Shown piece after piece: positions 1-13,879 of a DNA stretch of 60,268 bases (within the stretch, counting starts at the first letter, position 1; every line of letters starts with the position of its first letter). The stretch is from Paraglomus brasilianum (Eukaryota). Position numbers and translations under genes: made by a program. The stretch covers positions 1 through 60,268 of the forward strand of contig CAJVPI010000076.1 in assembly GCA_910592345.1 (NCBI GenBank), written 5' to 3'. The notes below the pieces were generated by a model that had not been told where the DNA came from, did not search any database, and was given only the letters and a program-made list of their open reading frames with translations.

Positions 1-400
1 CAAAGGGGTTCTGCATTCTCAGGTTCCAAACATCAGTGGCAGGGTGAAGGCCATACCAGCATAGGATACTAGTCTTGCTTGGTATACTGGAACTGAGATG
101 GTGCAAGCTAGTATTCTGGAACTGAGATGGCAGTACTAAGCCAGTGCAAGCTACCAATTGCAAGTTACAAAGGGGTTCTGCATTCTCAGGTTCCAAACAT
201 CAGTGGCAGGGTGAAGGCCATACCAGCATAGGATACTAGTCTTGTTTGGTATACTGGAACTGAGATGGTGCAAGCTAGTATTCTGGAACTGAGATGGCAG
301 TACTAAGCCAGTGCGAGCTACCAGTGGCAAGTTACAAAGGGGTTCCACGTTCTCAGGTTCCAAGCATTAGTGGCAGGGTAAAGACTGCACCAGTGTAGGA
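1..400. repeat. Tandem repeat, 167-bp unit, about 2.4 copies (runs off window start)
   Basis: caaaggggttctgcattctcaggttcc starts at 1 and 168, and in diverged form at 335; units contain an internal duplication of ctggaactgagatgg. Confidence 0.92.
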
Positions 401-544
401 TGTCAACAAGACAATGACAACAAGATGAATACTGTCTATCTATTGTGGCAAGCAAAATACCAGTTGTAGCACTGTAACTGTCTGAAAACACACCTTCACG
501 TTTGACCTGTTGTGTGCCAGATTGATCAGCATCATCAATTTAGA

Positions 545-2570
545 CCCTAGTGTAGTTCCAAGCATAGTTCCAGTTATACAGAATCTTTTTGTGTTCTGAC
601 AAGAGAAATCAAATACCAATGGTTTGAAGTGAAGATCCTGCCCATGCAGTCTTATGTAGAAATGCGGATCTGGAGAAGGTATCAAAACAGTGATAAAGTC
701 TGATGGTTCTTTCAATGTTAATTGACTGGGTAATTGAGAGGGACAGGTATCTGCATTGTATCTTCCATTGTATCATCCCAAGCAGTTTCTAGTTTTTCAT
801 CATGTATGGAGCAATATACCTTTTCCAGCATGCTTTCGCGTCGAAATCGGTTAATAAAATCTTCGATTGTTACAGAAGAGTCACTAGTACTAGTGTCAGC
901 GTGTGTTGCATCTGGTAAAGTGGCAGACGATTTGCCCATGGTCTCGCACTTGTGTATGTTGTTTAGTTCTAGCATTGCAAATGTCAGTTTCATCATTGAA
1001 TTTGGCTACATTTGCGTTGGCATGATCCATCGTTTAGCGAATGTAATAATTAATGTCTGTTTGAGTTTGAGGTAGAACTATGCTCATCAAAAATATCCTC
1101 AGCGCTTCGTCAATGTAAATTCACTCAAAATTCAATCTATCCAAATATGCCAGTAACACTTTCTTGTGATTCTGATCAGCCAAGTAAATACCCAACTGAC
1201 GTCTTGATCTGGAATAAGTTGTCCAAAGTAGGTATCGTATAAGGTTCGACGTTAATGGGTTCTGCGATAACTAAGAGATCATTGAATAGGAATAGATATC
1301 GATTTTTTTGTACTGCTAGAGTTTATTACTTGGAGCACAAATGATTGTAAAAGGAATTTACGAGGCGCTGCAATTGCCGGAGACGAGCCGCTGTCAGTAT
1401 TGTATGAGTATTGTGCACTGGAGGTCCGACGGTGAATGTTGAACAAAAGTCGGACTGAACATTGATTGCCATGTCTTGCAAAGGACGTTTCGATTGTTTA
1501 GGTGATGAATACTCGGAAGAGAATGGAGTACTCGCCTCAGTAGTATTAGAAGCAGCAGTGTCTGTGGCATCATCGAAAGTAGTTGTTGATTGTCAAATGT
1601 TAAATCTGCCTGCGACATTGAGTATACTACTTTGATTCGTTTCGGGTGAAAATGTTGAATGAATTTTTGAATAATGTCCTCGCAGATATGGCCTTCTGCC
1701 AGCAAATGTTGAATGGTACGTTAGCTCTTCCGGGAATGAATCGTCATTCTTTTCACCAGTGGTGTTGGCGAGTCAGGATTGCTATCATCCTGTGCATTAG
1801 AATCGACATCTCGGGTGAATCAGGAGGTAATTCTGACTGTCAAAACCCACTAACTGATCATTATACGATAAAGATCGGGGTAACACGTCTGAAAACGATC
1901 GCGACATTCGTAGTGACTCGTACGGATTTGAAAGCGTAGAATTAGGTTCTAGATCGTCTAATGCTCTATTAAATGCACTGTTATGATCAACGTTTCGACT
2001 TTTGTGTGCAGAAACCGTATAGATAGTCGGAAAGTTGGATGTTGTATATTGCTTATTAGAATCAAGATGTTGTATATTGCTTATTAGAATCGAAGAATCG
2101 AATTCTTGGGAAACTCCGTCCTGGGATCTGGCAATCGAATGCTGATTGAGTGGATTTGTTGTTTATTGACGCGGCAGTCGTTGAATCGCTTAATCCGCGT
2201 GACATACTTTGAGACGACGCGTTTGATCCCCAGAGCAATGAAGCTTCTCGTTTGGAATCGTCGGCAGGTTCCAGTGCTCTTGCCTTTTTATTTCAGCATT
2301 CACATGATCATCAGGAAAAATCATTCCCATTCGCGCCGTAAACTATTAGGCGGATCATTGTTTGGTATTGTGTCTCCTGCGTCGGAGATGAAGTTGTTGT
2401 CGTTATTGTGGGTATTGCATCAAAGTCAGAATTTTGATGTGAGTGAGCAACGTGAGTTTGAGGAACGTGATGAATTTGGAGACAACAACAAGACGAATAC
2501 TGTCTATCTATTGTGGCGAGCAATCTTCTGTTCTAGCGCTGTCTGAAGACACACCTTCGCGTTTGACCCC
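545..2570 (-). pseudogene. Decayed fungal PH/Sec7-domain (ARF-GEF-like) gene
   Basis: Minus-strand translation gives PH-like NRYLFLFNDLLVIAEP...PTLDNLFQIK (~1305-1203). It then gives Sec7-like RQLGIYLADQNHKKVLLAYLDRLNFE*IYIDEALRIFLMSIVLP...FAKRW...KLTFAMLELN (~1200-960) and C-terminal PSPDPHFYIRLHGQDLHF. Several stops and frameshifts; outer limits approximate. Confidence 0.65.
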
Positions 2571-2729
2571 GATCTTATGAATCAGCAGTCACATGGTAAA
2601 ATCTTCATCCGCAGTCAATGATCGACGTTAATTTTAGAATGGTAGTACGGCGTCGCGTCGCCATTCCACGGAAATAATAATCAAATAACCTTTGAAATCG
2701 AAAATTTACTTTCTTTCATCGCTGAAATA

Positions 2730-3052
2730 TTAATTATTTAACCGGACACATTAATAAACGGCTCTATCAAGCTATAAACGGCTCTACCAAGCTGTATAAG
2801 TTGTTGAGGAACGAGAGCTTATAATTAATTACTGAAACGACTTATTGTTTAATTAGTTATATTAGAGACAAGTGACGGACACCCGACGTCGGAACACCAA
2901 ATCGAAGATAGCCCTGTTTAATTATTAAATAAATTTTTATTCCCCTTCGATTCTGCGGTAGGATAATTGTTGTTGTTATTCTATCGTAGGTACCCTTATT
3001 TGGAATTACGAGTAATTGGAGCTCAAATAGGGAGTTAGGAAGCACGCATGTT
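2730..3052 (-). mobile_element. Dispersed repeat family A, partial copy (solo-LTR-like)
   Basis: Colinear with 48400-48730, e.g. caaatcgaagatagccctgtttaatt, ttattccccttcgattct and ataattgttgttgttattctat are shared. Confidence 0.75.
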
Positions 3053-3085
3053 TAATTATTAAACTATATTAATATAAAATACTCG

Positions 3086-3244
3086 TGTAAAGATAGGATA
3101 GATGCATTTGATTGATTTCAGGAATATGGAACTGAGATCCCTACTTTAAATATGTTAAATGCAATCAACTGGGTTGCAGAATCGTGGAGAAATGTGACTG
3201 AAGATGTAATATATAGGTGCTGGGAGAGAACTTTTATTCTTGCC
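3086..3244 (+). mobile_element. pogo/Tigger (DDE_1, CENP-B-like) transposase fragment
   Basis: Translates as CKDRIDAFD*FQEYGTEIPTLNMLNAINWVAESWRNVTEDVIYRCWERTFIL, the typical C-terminal AW..V....I..CW motif of Tigger/pogo transposases; one in-frame stop. Confidence 0.8.
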
Positions 3245-3378
3245 AATATGTTGTTTGCATCAAAGTTAGAAAAGCAAAAATAAAACTAGAAAAGTGATAA
3301 TCATGTTTAGTTGAAAAGACCTAAAAAGCAAACTAGCCAAACCACTGATAGAGTTCCTGGTGTCTAATTGTTCAAATT

Positions 3379-4238
3379 TCAATCAGCATCTCCATGACAA
3401 AGAATGTTACTCAGATCCAGCACAAACCCAGGAAGAACCTGAGAGGGAATCTGTGCAGGATTTACAAATTCTTGCCAAGTGATATCATTGTTAGCATTGT
3501 GAGTATAGACCTCACTGTGTGCTCAAAAGGATCGATCGATACCCAAAGATAACAATCATTCATAAACAAATAGTCACCATTAGCTACTTACATCAACACC
3601 GCCTTCCATCCACCGCCTCATTTTCCTGTGGACGTCCTGGGGAGAATTACTCTGTGAACGCAATTCTACAATATAGGTTGGCGCAACCGGTGGAAATGCT
3701 TGTTCCTTTTCTTCGCTAGATAAAGTGTTCTATCTGCAAAATATAAAATCGAAATTAAATAAAGCAATGCTGATATGAAGCAATTTTGCATTTGGCAGCA
3801 TTTAAAACCTGGAGGCGAGAATGGCGCAACCACCAGGACCTAGAACGTCCTGGTAGACAGCATAAAAGCTGTCTGAATGAAGAATAACAAAGGGAATGTA
3901 TTCGTAGCGTAAAGCGAAGCTAACGTATAACATACCTGGGTGCCACTCAATGCCCCATTAGCATAGCACCAATTTTCGAGTTGCATGACAATTGCGGCTT
4001 CTTTTCTACCTGATTACGTTTTCATCAGTTATAGCGGGGAGCAATAACGATATTAGCGAACTCACCAACGTTCAAACTCAATATTAGTTAAAAGGCAACG
4101 CACTGGTTCTGAAGCTGACTAGACTTAAAACAATTTCGAGCTGACCTTCGATAATGTTCATTTTCAAACAGTCAATGCGATTTGTTCGAAGCGTTGGTAA
4201 TTACAATCGGGAACGACGATGCGTGAGAGACGGGACAT
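3379..4238 (-). pseudogene. Intron-containing Uma2 (DUF820, restriction-endonuclease-like) family pseudogene
   Basis: Spliced manual translation: MSRLSRIVVPDCNYQRFEQIAL / LKMNIIEGQLEI / GRKEAAIVMQLENWCYANGALSGTQ / TAFML..QDVLGPGGCAILASR / *NTLSSEEKEQAFPPVAPTYIVELRSQSNSPQDVHRKMRRWMEGGVD / VSIDPFEHTVR..VYT...SQVLPGFVLDLSNIL. Matches Uma2 motifs (FPP.APD..VELRS.S; GV...IDP; LPGFVLDL). GT-AG introns, frameshifts and a TAG at the conserved Trp. Confidence 0.8.
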
Positions 4239-6633
4239 TTTGAAACTCGAGCGACGCCAGCAAGTAAGAGCCAAAGAAAAAACTGGAAAGGCGAATAAGG
4301 GTACCTACGATAATGATAACAATAGTTAATTTTCCTCAACTAATGAGCATTACAATAACGCGATATCAGATAAATCGGGGAAAATATTACTGACATGAGA
4401 CATTGCAGACACGATGACAGCAGACCAGTGTTAATAGTAAATAAACGGCTAAACATAAAATAAAGACATGCTCAGTATTCAACCGAAAGGAAATATAAAA
4501 CGACTAGTAATCAAATGGATCAGTTTTAGTCAATTATATTCGCGATATTCTCCCTTTATATAATACACTTGATTGTATATTGTGTTTCGTTTATTAACTC
4601 TTGAGCTATCCCGTTTTTATGAAATTGAATACTAGTAATTGATTGTTTGCACATAATGTAATTATAAAAGAAGATAAATAATAGTCGTCCTACCGACTGT
4701 TGATCGTGAATTAGGATTCTAGACGAAGCCTATCTCCAATAACATTACCAATGAGTAGTTTGTTTGCGGTAATTAGTTTGTCGGCCTTACAAGACAAGTG
4801 ACCAAATTTCATTTGCATTTCCTATCATCAGGTCTTGCACATGGCTCAAAATTGATAGAGCACTGACCAATTACCTTTAAAAGGCATTCTATCCGGTGGA
4901 CGTTAATTAATACAATCGTGCTTTCTCTTTTAGCATGGAAAAAACTATGTCAGTCTCTAAGCCTAAATTCTGTGAATATAAGTGTTCCCTTAAATACTAT
5001 AGTGTCAGTGTGCACCATTAGACTTGGCAATTTGGTATGTGAACTTTACCGGCAAATCGGAACCATTAATTGTTAAATGGATGACAAATTATGTTGGCGT
5101 TTAGAGATTATGCCACAGTCGAAACAAAATCGGAAAGCTCGGATTCACAATACCGAATATTTGACAATCGATATTGAACAATTTGACTTGCAGAATGCAT
5201 AATAAATACTGTCACTAAACTTGTATCATTAAGCTATCCGAAAAAGAAACTTATTTATTTCAATCTGTATGATAATTTTTGATGACTTGGTAGCTGCAAC
5301 TTGCATATGATTTGGCTGTGTGTCAAGGATTAATTGATCTATTTTTAGCGATGTCTATATGTGCTGATAAAGCTTTGGTGTAACTGGGATAATGGTTAAT
5401 GCAGCAAGTAGGTACAAGTTGGATTGCATTATAGCAAACCGTTTTTATACACGGCACAACGCCCAATGACTTGCATCAAGTAGACGAAACAGTCTTAAAT
5501 AATTAAGGTGTGATCGTCAAGGCTAGAAAATCTGCAAGGGATCTGCTGATCTCCAGCATCTCACCATTGAAGGGGGAAAAGATTCGATTGTTTCAATGGA
5601 TACAATGTGTTATGCGACATAACAACAGTATATTTCATCTTTGGTTTTTATACTTTCAATAGTTTTAAATCAAATGACTTAAGATTTGCACCAGATCACC
5701 GTTTCACGTGTGTGTTTACTTTTTTGAGAGAAGGGAGGTATGGACAAACTACTCACATGTGTGTGTGCACGTGGGGTCAATCATCTCTGGAATCGTCAAT
5801 CTGAGCAAGGCACTTAATACTTGTTGCGGATTTGACATTCTTATCTCCGAAATGTATAGTGCAAAATTTATTATCGCAAAAATGGATAGTGTAAATTTTG
5901 GCATTTTGGCATTTGCTTCCGGTTACGTATATGTACGTATTTGCTTACGTTCTCAAAAATGTATGCAAAGTGAAACCTTTCTGAAACATAAACAAACAAT
6001 CATTTTTTTAATGAATCACGTTTTGAATCAATCAATATACGGTATTGCACCCTATCGTTTGTATTGTTATAAGACAAAACGCTATTGACGAATACGTGAA
6101 TGGTCACTGTAATAACATGCTGCGCGTCCACTAATAGTATAAACGTCATAAAAGCAGCGCAGCGGGCTTGGACAATTGTTTGTTTACCTGCCATTGTTTA
6201 CCGTCAAATTGTTTCGCTCTCGCATTAACGCCATACGTATTCGATTGTGATTATATAAAACTCTATACTCGACTGGTTTAAAAGACACGTCTCATTGTTT
6301 GATACGTTTATGCTTCGTTAACTCCGATGTGTGTATTACATTTGGCGTAAGACTGCGCGTTTGTGTAACGCGACATCAACAATCAAGGGAATATTAATAT
6401 ATCCAATCCGTTTATCGATTTATCCAACCCCGCCCCATTTCGTATCCTCACACACACTTCGAGTAATATTAAGGATATATACATCTATAGAATAATTACA
6501 AGCACTAGGTTGTCGCAATTACTAAGTATACCGAACACCACACATTAGCCATTCGATATCCGCTCCTTCGCCTTCTCTTCTCCCCCTCCCCCCTCTCCCC
6601 ACTCCTTTCCTTCTTGTATATTACGTCCTAATA

Positions 6634-8241
6634 ATGTCTCCTTCCCAAAATCAAAAGCGCAACCGCAGTAACCATGCACCATATCTCTCTCCAACCGAAC
6701 CCTCTCCTCGCCCATACTCTCCCGAAGATCTCCTCTTACATCTAACACATTCGACTTCCCCAGACACCGTCGTAGAGACTACCGAAACTTACGATGCCAG
6801 CTCTTACGAATCAGACGAAGGTTATTATAATGCAACTCAGACCGAGACCAGTCAATCAGACGACGACGAGGAGGTTGATATGTTAGATTCGAGCCTTACA
6901 GAGACAGATCCTGCAACGAAAGCATTAAGTAACGAATTAACTGGTGTGAGGAGCAAAATAACCCAGATTGAGACAAGAATTGCTACGTTAGAAAACTGGT
7001 AAGTGAGTCGAGCATAACGTTAGAGAGGGTATGAGAGAAACACAGTGATGAAATTTGTAACAGGCGTCAAGATATGCTATGATGTTGAACAGCACCACAC
7101 TCTTGAAAGCGTATTTTATAATTTTAACCTGCTTCTATGCTCTGTTTTCGACCTTTTTGCACCCCCTACACTACTTGATCTGCGATACAGTATGTTTGCG
7201 GTACGAGAGAGAGAGATAAATAAAGAATATGAAGCCATAGAAGCAGGTCATCATCCTAAATTTGAAGCTGTCAATACGGCTCTACTTGCTCAAAGAGACA
7301 AACGATTACTTTTAGCCAATGCCTGGCTCAGATATGGCAAAGAGCGAGCGAAGAATTTACAGGAAGGGATGGTTAAACAGGCATCTGATAACTTCAAGGT
7401 GAGGGTGTGAGGGTGTGTGTGTGTGTGTGAAATCTTGAGGGAAAACCAAAAATTAGAACACGAGCATGGAGCTCAGAGGGATCCGAGGGAATTTGCGCAA
7501 TCTGCGTTTAATGGTGTATCTTTGGTATTAGATTACACGGGAATGGCAATTTATATTCAGCTAACGAATGTAATAACCGTCTTTTATTTTTAGTGGCAAT
7601 TGAAACACTTGAAACTGAGTATGATCCAAGACAGAAAAGACAAGATACAGAAGCTTAAAGCAGAGTACAATGTTTGTAAGTCTCTCAATTGGTTGGTTGT
7701 TCAGTATGGATCGAGATTAGTAACCAGTGATACGTTTTATTGTTGGATTGGGTTGGATTGGATTTAGCTTGGCATTTTTGAATTGAAACCATTTTACTTA
7801 GTATACGTTCTACACCATGATCATTTTTACCAGCGCTGAATAATCTGCATCTACTTACAAATGACTAACTTGTGAACCCATTCCATTCTCTTCATTATTA
7901 TTAAAGTGTTGAAAAATCCTACCCGATATGCACCGAAAAATCTCAAATATCCCAAGATGGGAACGTTCCCGCGAATGGGCGTATTCGACAATAATTCACG
8001 AGTAATAGAATCACGCTCAAAAACTTCTCGTACTCTGCCTGCGCCCGTTAGGTCCAGACTGGTTAACAAGAGCTGGATAATAAATGCCTGGCTTGGATCG
8101 GATTCGGACTCGGGAGAAGTAATGGATGGAGCAAAAGGTCCTATAATGTCTGGTAGAATGCCTGTTGAGCGGCCGGTAGTCAACCATTGTCCCAGATCGT
8201 TTACCATGGATGAATATCTTCGGAGAAGATATTCTGATTAA
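6634..8241 (+). CDS. Sds3-like (Sds3/Dep1/BRMS1, Rpd3L HDAC complex) protein, about 4 exons
   Basis: Exons ~6634-6998, 7191-7398, 7594-7675 and 7907-8241 join in frame with GT-AG ends. Acidic N-terminus plus Sds3-like coiled coil EYEAIEAGHHPKF...QRDKRLLLANAW. Confidence 0.7.
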
Positions 8242-8736
8242 TGAGCGATTATTTGTATTTACCAACCGTGTTCAAGCCATTTATGCTAGTTTTGCCTTTT
8301 TCCTTTCTTTCCTTCTTTTTGAGTAGAGATGAGTGTTTATTTGATTCGAATAATCAGTAAGATTCTTGGTGAGATTATCTTGCGCTTCTTGGAAATTGGT
8401 TAGTATTTCTTCAATCGCTGTTTGTTGATTCTGCTGCGTTTGTCGTGGCTTTGTACAGAATGACTACAATTTGAGATTATATCTCGCTGTTTATTGAGAA
8501 TGAAAGTTATTTATTCTCCTGTATTATATTTATACATTTGTAAAAGAACAAAAATACAAGACCATAAACGTACGTGATTGCTCTGTCATTCATTCGACTG
8601 GTATCACGAATTATACAACAATTGCTCGTGTCTTTATTGGCGATCTTGGTTAACGCCTATAAATAAACCAAGTTGCCATAATCCTGCTTTATTTTACGTA
8701 TCATCTATTGGCATTATTAATCATCTAGTATTGGTC

Positions 8737-10161
8737 TTACTCTTTCTTTTCCTTGCGTTTCTTTCTCTTTTCATCAACACTACTGCATCTGTCTTTATTT
8801 AAAAGAGTCACATATTTTCTCTTTCTTAACTCCTGTCCTCCTCCATTTATTATGCCATGCTGTATTGTATCAACACCAAGTGATTTCAAGATAGTGGAAG
8901 CAATCATTGATTTGGTAAAATATCCATAAAATTGTTGATACATGTGGTGATATAGTCTATCTACTGTACTTGGAGAATGTTTCCAATCAAGTCCATTGAA
9001 TTCGCAATCATAAAGAACAAGAGGAAGCTCGCTTGCCATCTCGTATGCAGGACGTGAAGGAATAGTGGAAATATCAAAAAGAGATGATATAATCGAGGGC
9101 AGCTCCAATTCCTGCCCTATGAGAAACAGAATGCCCATCATACACCTCACTTGATGCCATAAAAAGGCCGTGCCTCTAACTTCAAAGACGTAAAACTCGT
9201 CAATATCACTATACGGCACAGGGTTGCCACACTCGCTAGCTTTTAATATCTTTGCATCGAGAATTGTCCGTTCATAATTGGTAACATCCTGGCTAGAGTT
9301 TATCTTGCAAAAGTTTCTGAAATCATGTGTGCCTATAAATTGTTTGCATGCCGACTGCATCAGTTCAATGTTCAAGGTCGATTTTAGAAAAAAGTATCTA
9401 TATCGTCTTCCGCAACACGAGAATCTTGCTGAAAATGATTCGGGAATAGATGACCATGCAAGTATTCTAATGTCCGGTGGTAGCAATCTATTCAGAATAT
9501 CGACGTACGGCATTTCTTCTTTAGACTGGTTTTTGTCATTAATCTTTCCATTCTCATTATTATTATCGTTTCGATCATCCTCGGTCTCGTTAAAGTCTCC
9601 ACTATTCTTCTCTACCTTATTGTCTCTATCCTCAACTTTATCAACAGGCATATTAGATCGTACTTTCAATGCAATAACCTGTCCTAACCCACTTACTCCT
9701 TTATCCGTCCTGCCGCAACGGGAGAATTTGCAGGACGACGGATCAGTAATGAGTTTGGCTGCCATGAGCGCTTTGAATATCTGTCCTTCTACTGTAGGAC
9801 ATGTTTCCTCGTCTGCCTGAACTGCGAAACCGTGATAATTCCATCCGAGATAAGCTACCTTGAAGGCAATATATCTCTGTGAATATTTAGACATGTCGAA
9901 TTGTCTGTTACGTCTTGTCTTTTTGTTTTTTAGTGACGATGTGGTGGAATCGGTTGATATGGAAGAATAAACACTTTCACTATCGTTCGACTCGTGTTTT
10001 CTTGTTGCATTCGATTCGTACTCGAGTAACTTTACTATCAACTCTTCCCTACTCCATAGATCATACTTTGCGGCATGAGACATTGTTGTATATCTGTTCA
10101 GTGTTGAGTCGAAAATTCTGCGGGCATACGTAGTAGTTCTATAAATTGATGGACACTTCAT
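8737..10161 (-). CDS. PUS3: tRNA pseudouridine(38/39) synthase
   Basis: Single 474-aa ORF with TruA-family motifs RYIAFKVAYLGWNYHGFA, SRCGRTDKGVSG (catalytic Asp), FSARF and GTAFLWHQVRCM. Confidence 0.95.
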   Translation of the reverse strand: MKCPSIYRTTTYARRIFDSTLNRYTTMSHAAKYDLWSREELIVKLLEYESNATRKHESNDSESVYSSISTDSTTSSLKNKKTRRNRQFDMSKYSQRYIAFKVAYLGWNYHGFAVQADEETCPTVEGQIFKALMAAKLITDPSSCKFSRCGRTDKGVSGLGQVIALKVRSNMPVDKVEDRDNKVEKNSGDFNETEDDRNDNNNENGKINDKNQSKEEMPYVDILNRLLPPDIRILAWSSIPESFSARFSCCGRRYRYFFLKSTLNIELMQSACKQFIGTHDFRNFCKINSSQDVTNYERTILDAKILKASECGNPVPYSDIDEFYVFEVRGTAFLWHQVRCMMGILFLIGQELELPSIISSLFDISTIPSRPAYEMASELPLVLYDCEFNGLDWKHSPSTVDRLYHHMYQQFYGYFTKSMIASTILKSLGVDTIQHGIINGGGQELRKRKYVTLLNKDRCSSVDEKRKKRKEKKE

Positions 10162-10236
10162 TCTGTTGGCACACTTAAAAATTTTTGTTGAAGCAAATAT
10201 ATCATCTCACGTGATTCACGTTACAGGATTGCGGTT

Positions 10237-10251
10237 ATAATAATAATAATA

Positions 10252-10300
<49 letters not shown>
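10237..10300. repeat. (AAT)n microsatellite
   Basis: About 20 taa units with one interruption, upstream of the PUS3 start. Confidence 0.95.
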
Positions 10301-10301
<1 letters not shown>

Positions 10302-12380
10302 CCAACTAACAGTTAAATTAGAGCCATCACAATTTCACTTTCCTTTTTACGCGATTAATGTGCCGTAATATTGAAAATTTGGCATAACTAGCATTCAGGT
10401 TACATGATCTAACATATGGGAAATTCACTTGTATAAGGTACTACATAGTCAACCTCGATAAGTCGGCCTGATAACTCGGCTTCTCGATACCTCGGTTAAA
10501 TGTCTGCTCATCAGTTAAGACTACTGTCACATAAACCATAAATCGTATCCGTTACTGGTGTCAACAAACGGCTTTAGAAAGTGTCGATTATAAAGTAATT
10601 TTAGCATAGAAATAGATAATTTTCTATGATTAGAAATTAGAGGTTTTATAACTTCAAGTAAAGTTAATCCAATAAACACAAATTTAATTTATTATGTTCA
10701 GTTCCTCTTATCACATCAGGTATTGTTCAGTTTAGGGTGATGCAATATAGAATATCAACAGACATGTCACGTTCTATAATATTCTATTTTATTTTTTTAA
10801 TAATAAAGGCTAACGTGCTAATCACGCTGACGTACGCAACACAACCATACATCCTACCCATTTATGGTTAGAACCAGAAATTACGCGACGTGACCTCTGT
10901 TTTTATGTTTGTTCATCATCTACACAACATTCTGGTGTTGCAAAGAATAATAATGGAAATGAGGAAAGGGCCAAGTTCCAGAATTTATATCAGAGAAACT
11001 CCAACCAAAAAGAAATATCGTGGCAATCTCCATAATAAATTCTTCTATCTGAATGATTTATATAATGACTTAACCCTATGAAGGATGTGAAAAGAATGCA
11101 GAAACTGCTCGGTATGAAAGAAAATTCTTAAATTAATAGATGAACTAAAGTTACTCTTTAATAATATCCATTATTTCGGTCAGTTTAACTTTATAATTGT
11201 TTCAGAAATCAATTTACGTCCACAGGCTGTAACAAACGGTTCAAATCGCGAAAATTTACCTATAAATAAATCCGATGGTCACTTACCATGTCTGGTTATA
11301 GAATTGGCTGGGAATATCTCGATAGAGTTTATAACGTCTTATTATTCTTATGCTAACAAAGAACAAAACATTACTGATTCGTATAAGCTAATGCATTCGA
11401 TTCCTCGTCTTGGATTAGTGTAATAAGATCATATCGAGCGTAATAACTGACAGTCGAAACCAATAATACAGCATTGGATACAGCACCCCTCAAAATAATT
11501 TCCCCCTAAATAAATTTTATGTACCCAAGTACATTCGGTTAATATAATACACTAATAAGTTATTAAGTTGTGAGTGACAGTAGCTCTTTTGACGTGCTTG
11601 TTTCCACGCGGCGCCATCGCGGTATCTAATATAAGGAGCAGAGTTTAAGAATGTACGCAAACCAATGATATTTGCTCCTTTCCTCACTTCTAGTCAATCA
11701 AGATGTTTTAGGTATATACCCAGGGTACTGCATTTAGTGGTCTACGATATATCAGTTCCCATCCTCAAGTTGAGAAGTCGGTTCCCAAGTCGCTTGATCT
11801 TCAACAAATTATACCTTGTTAGAACCTTGTGTTACATGAACATCCTAATTTAGGGGTTGGTTGATCAAAAATTTGGTTTTGACAAATTTTATTATTATGA
11901 GAAGAATATCATTTCTACGTCAACTGAAGACAAGAAGGAATATTAATAACGTTCTTGGTAAATTTCGCAAGTAAATTAAAATCAAAGATATATGACCAGG
12001 ACATCGTCATTCGTACATGTCACGCATTCGAGCTAATAGCTCGTTACATCTGATAGTCAATTCACGGCAAAAAACATTCTCATCTTTGTTAACGAGAAGT
12101 TATGTCAGCTTATCTTCGAATGAAGCCACCAACAAAAAAGGGTATAGTATTCCAACTGACAATGTTGACTGTTAGAAACCATCGTTTAAGTAGTGTTTTG
12201 AATTTATTTGGTCCAACTTTTGGTGTTCTTCTCACTTGTTATAATTTTGGTTATAATGTTAGTTGCCCAGGCTATATGTTATCGACATGCTCATAGCATC
12301 GTTTAGTTTAGGAACGCTGTGATGTATATACTTGTTTGACGGAAACATAATTCACACAAGTTTTTTAATATACTTACCAG

Positions 12381-13879
<1,499 letters not shown>

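Noticed and set aside
9278..9820. 180-aa plus-strand ORF
   Set aside because: Antisense to PUS3, with no recognisable motifs.
12102..12141. MSAYLRMKPPTKK as the first exon of ferrochelatase
   Set aside because: Donor phase (1) does not match the acceptor at 12381 (needs phase 2).
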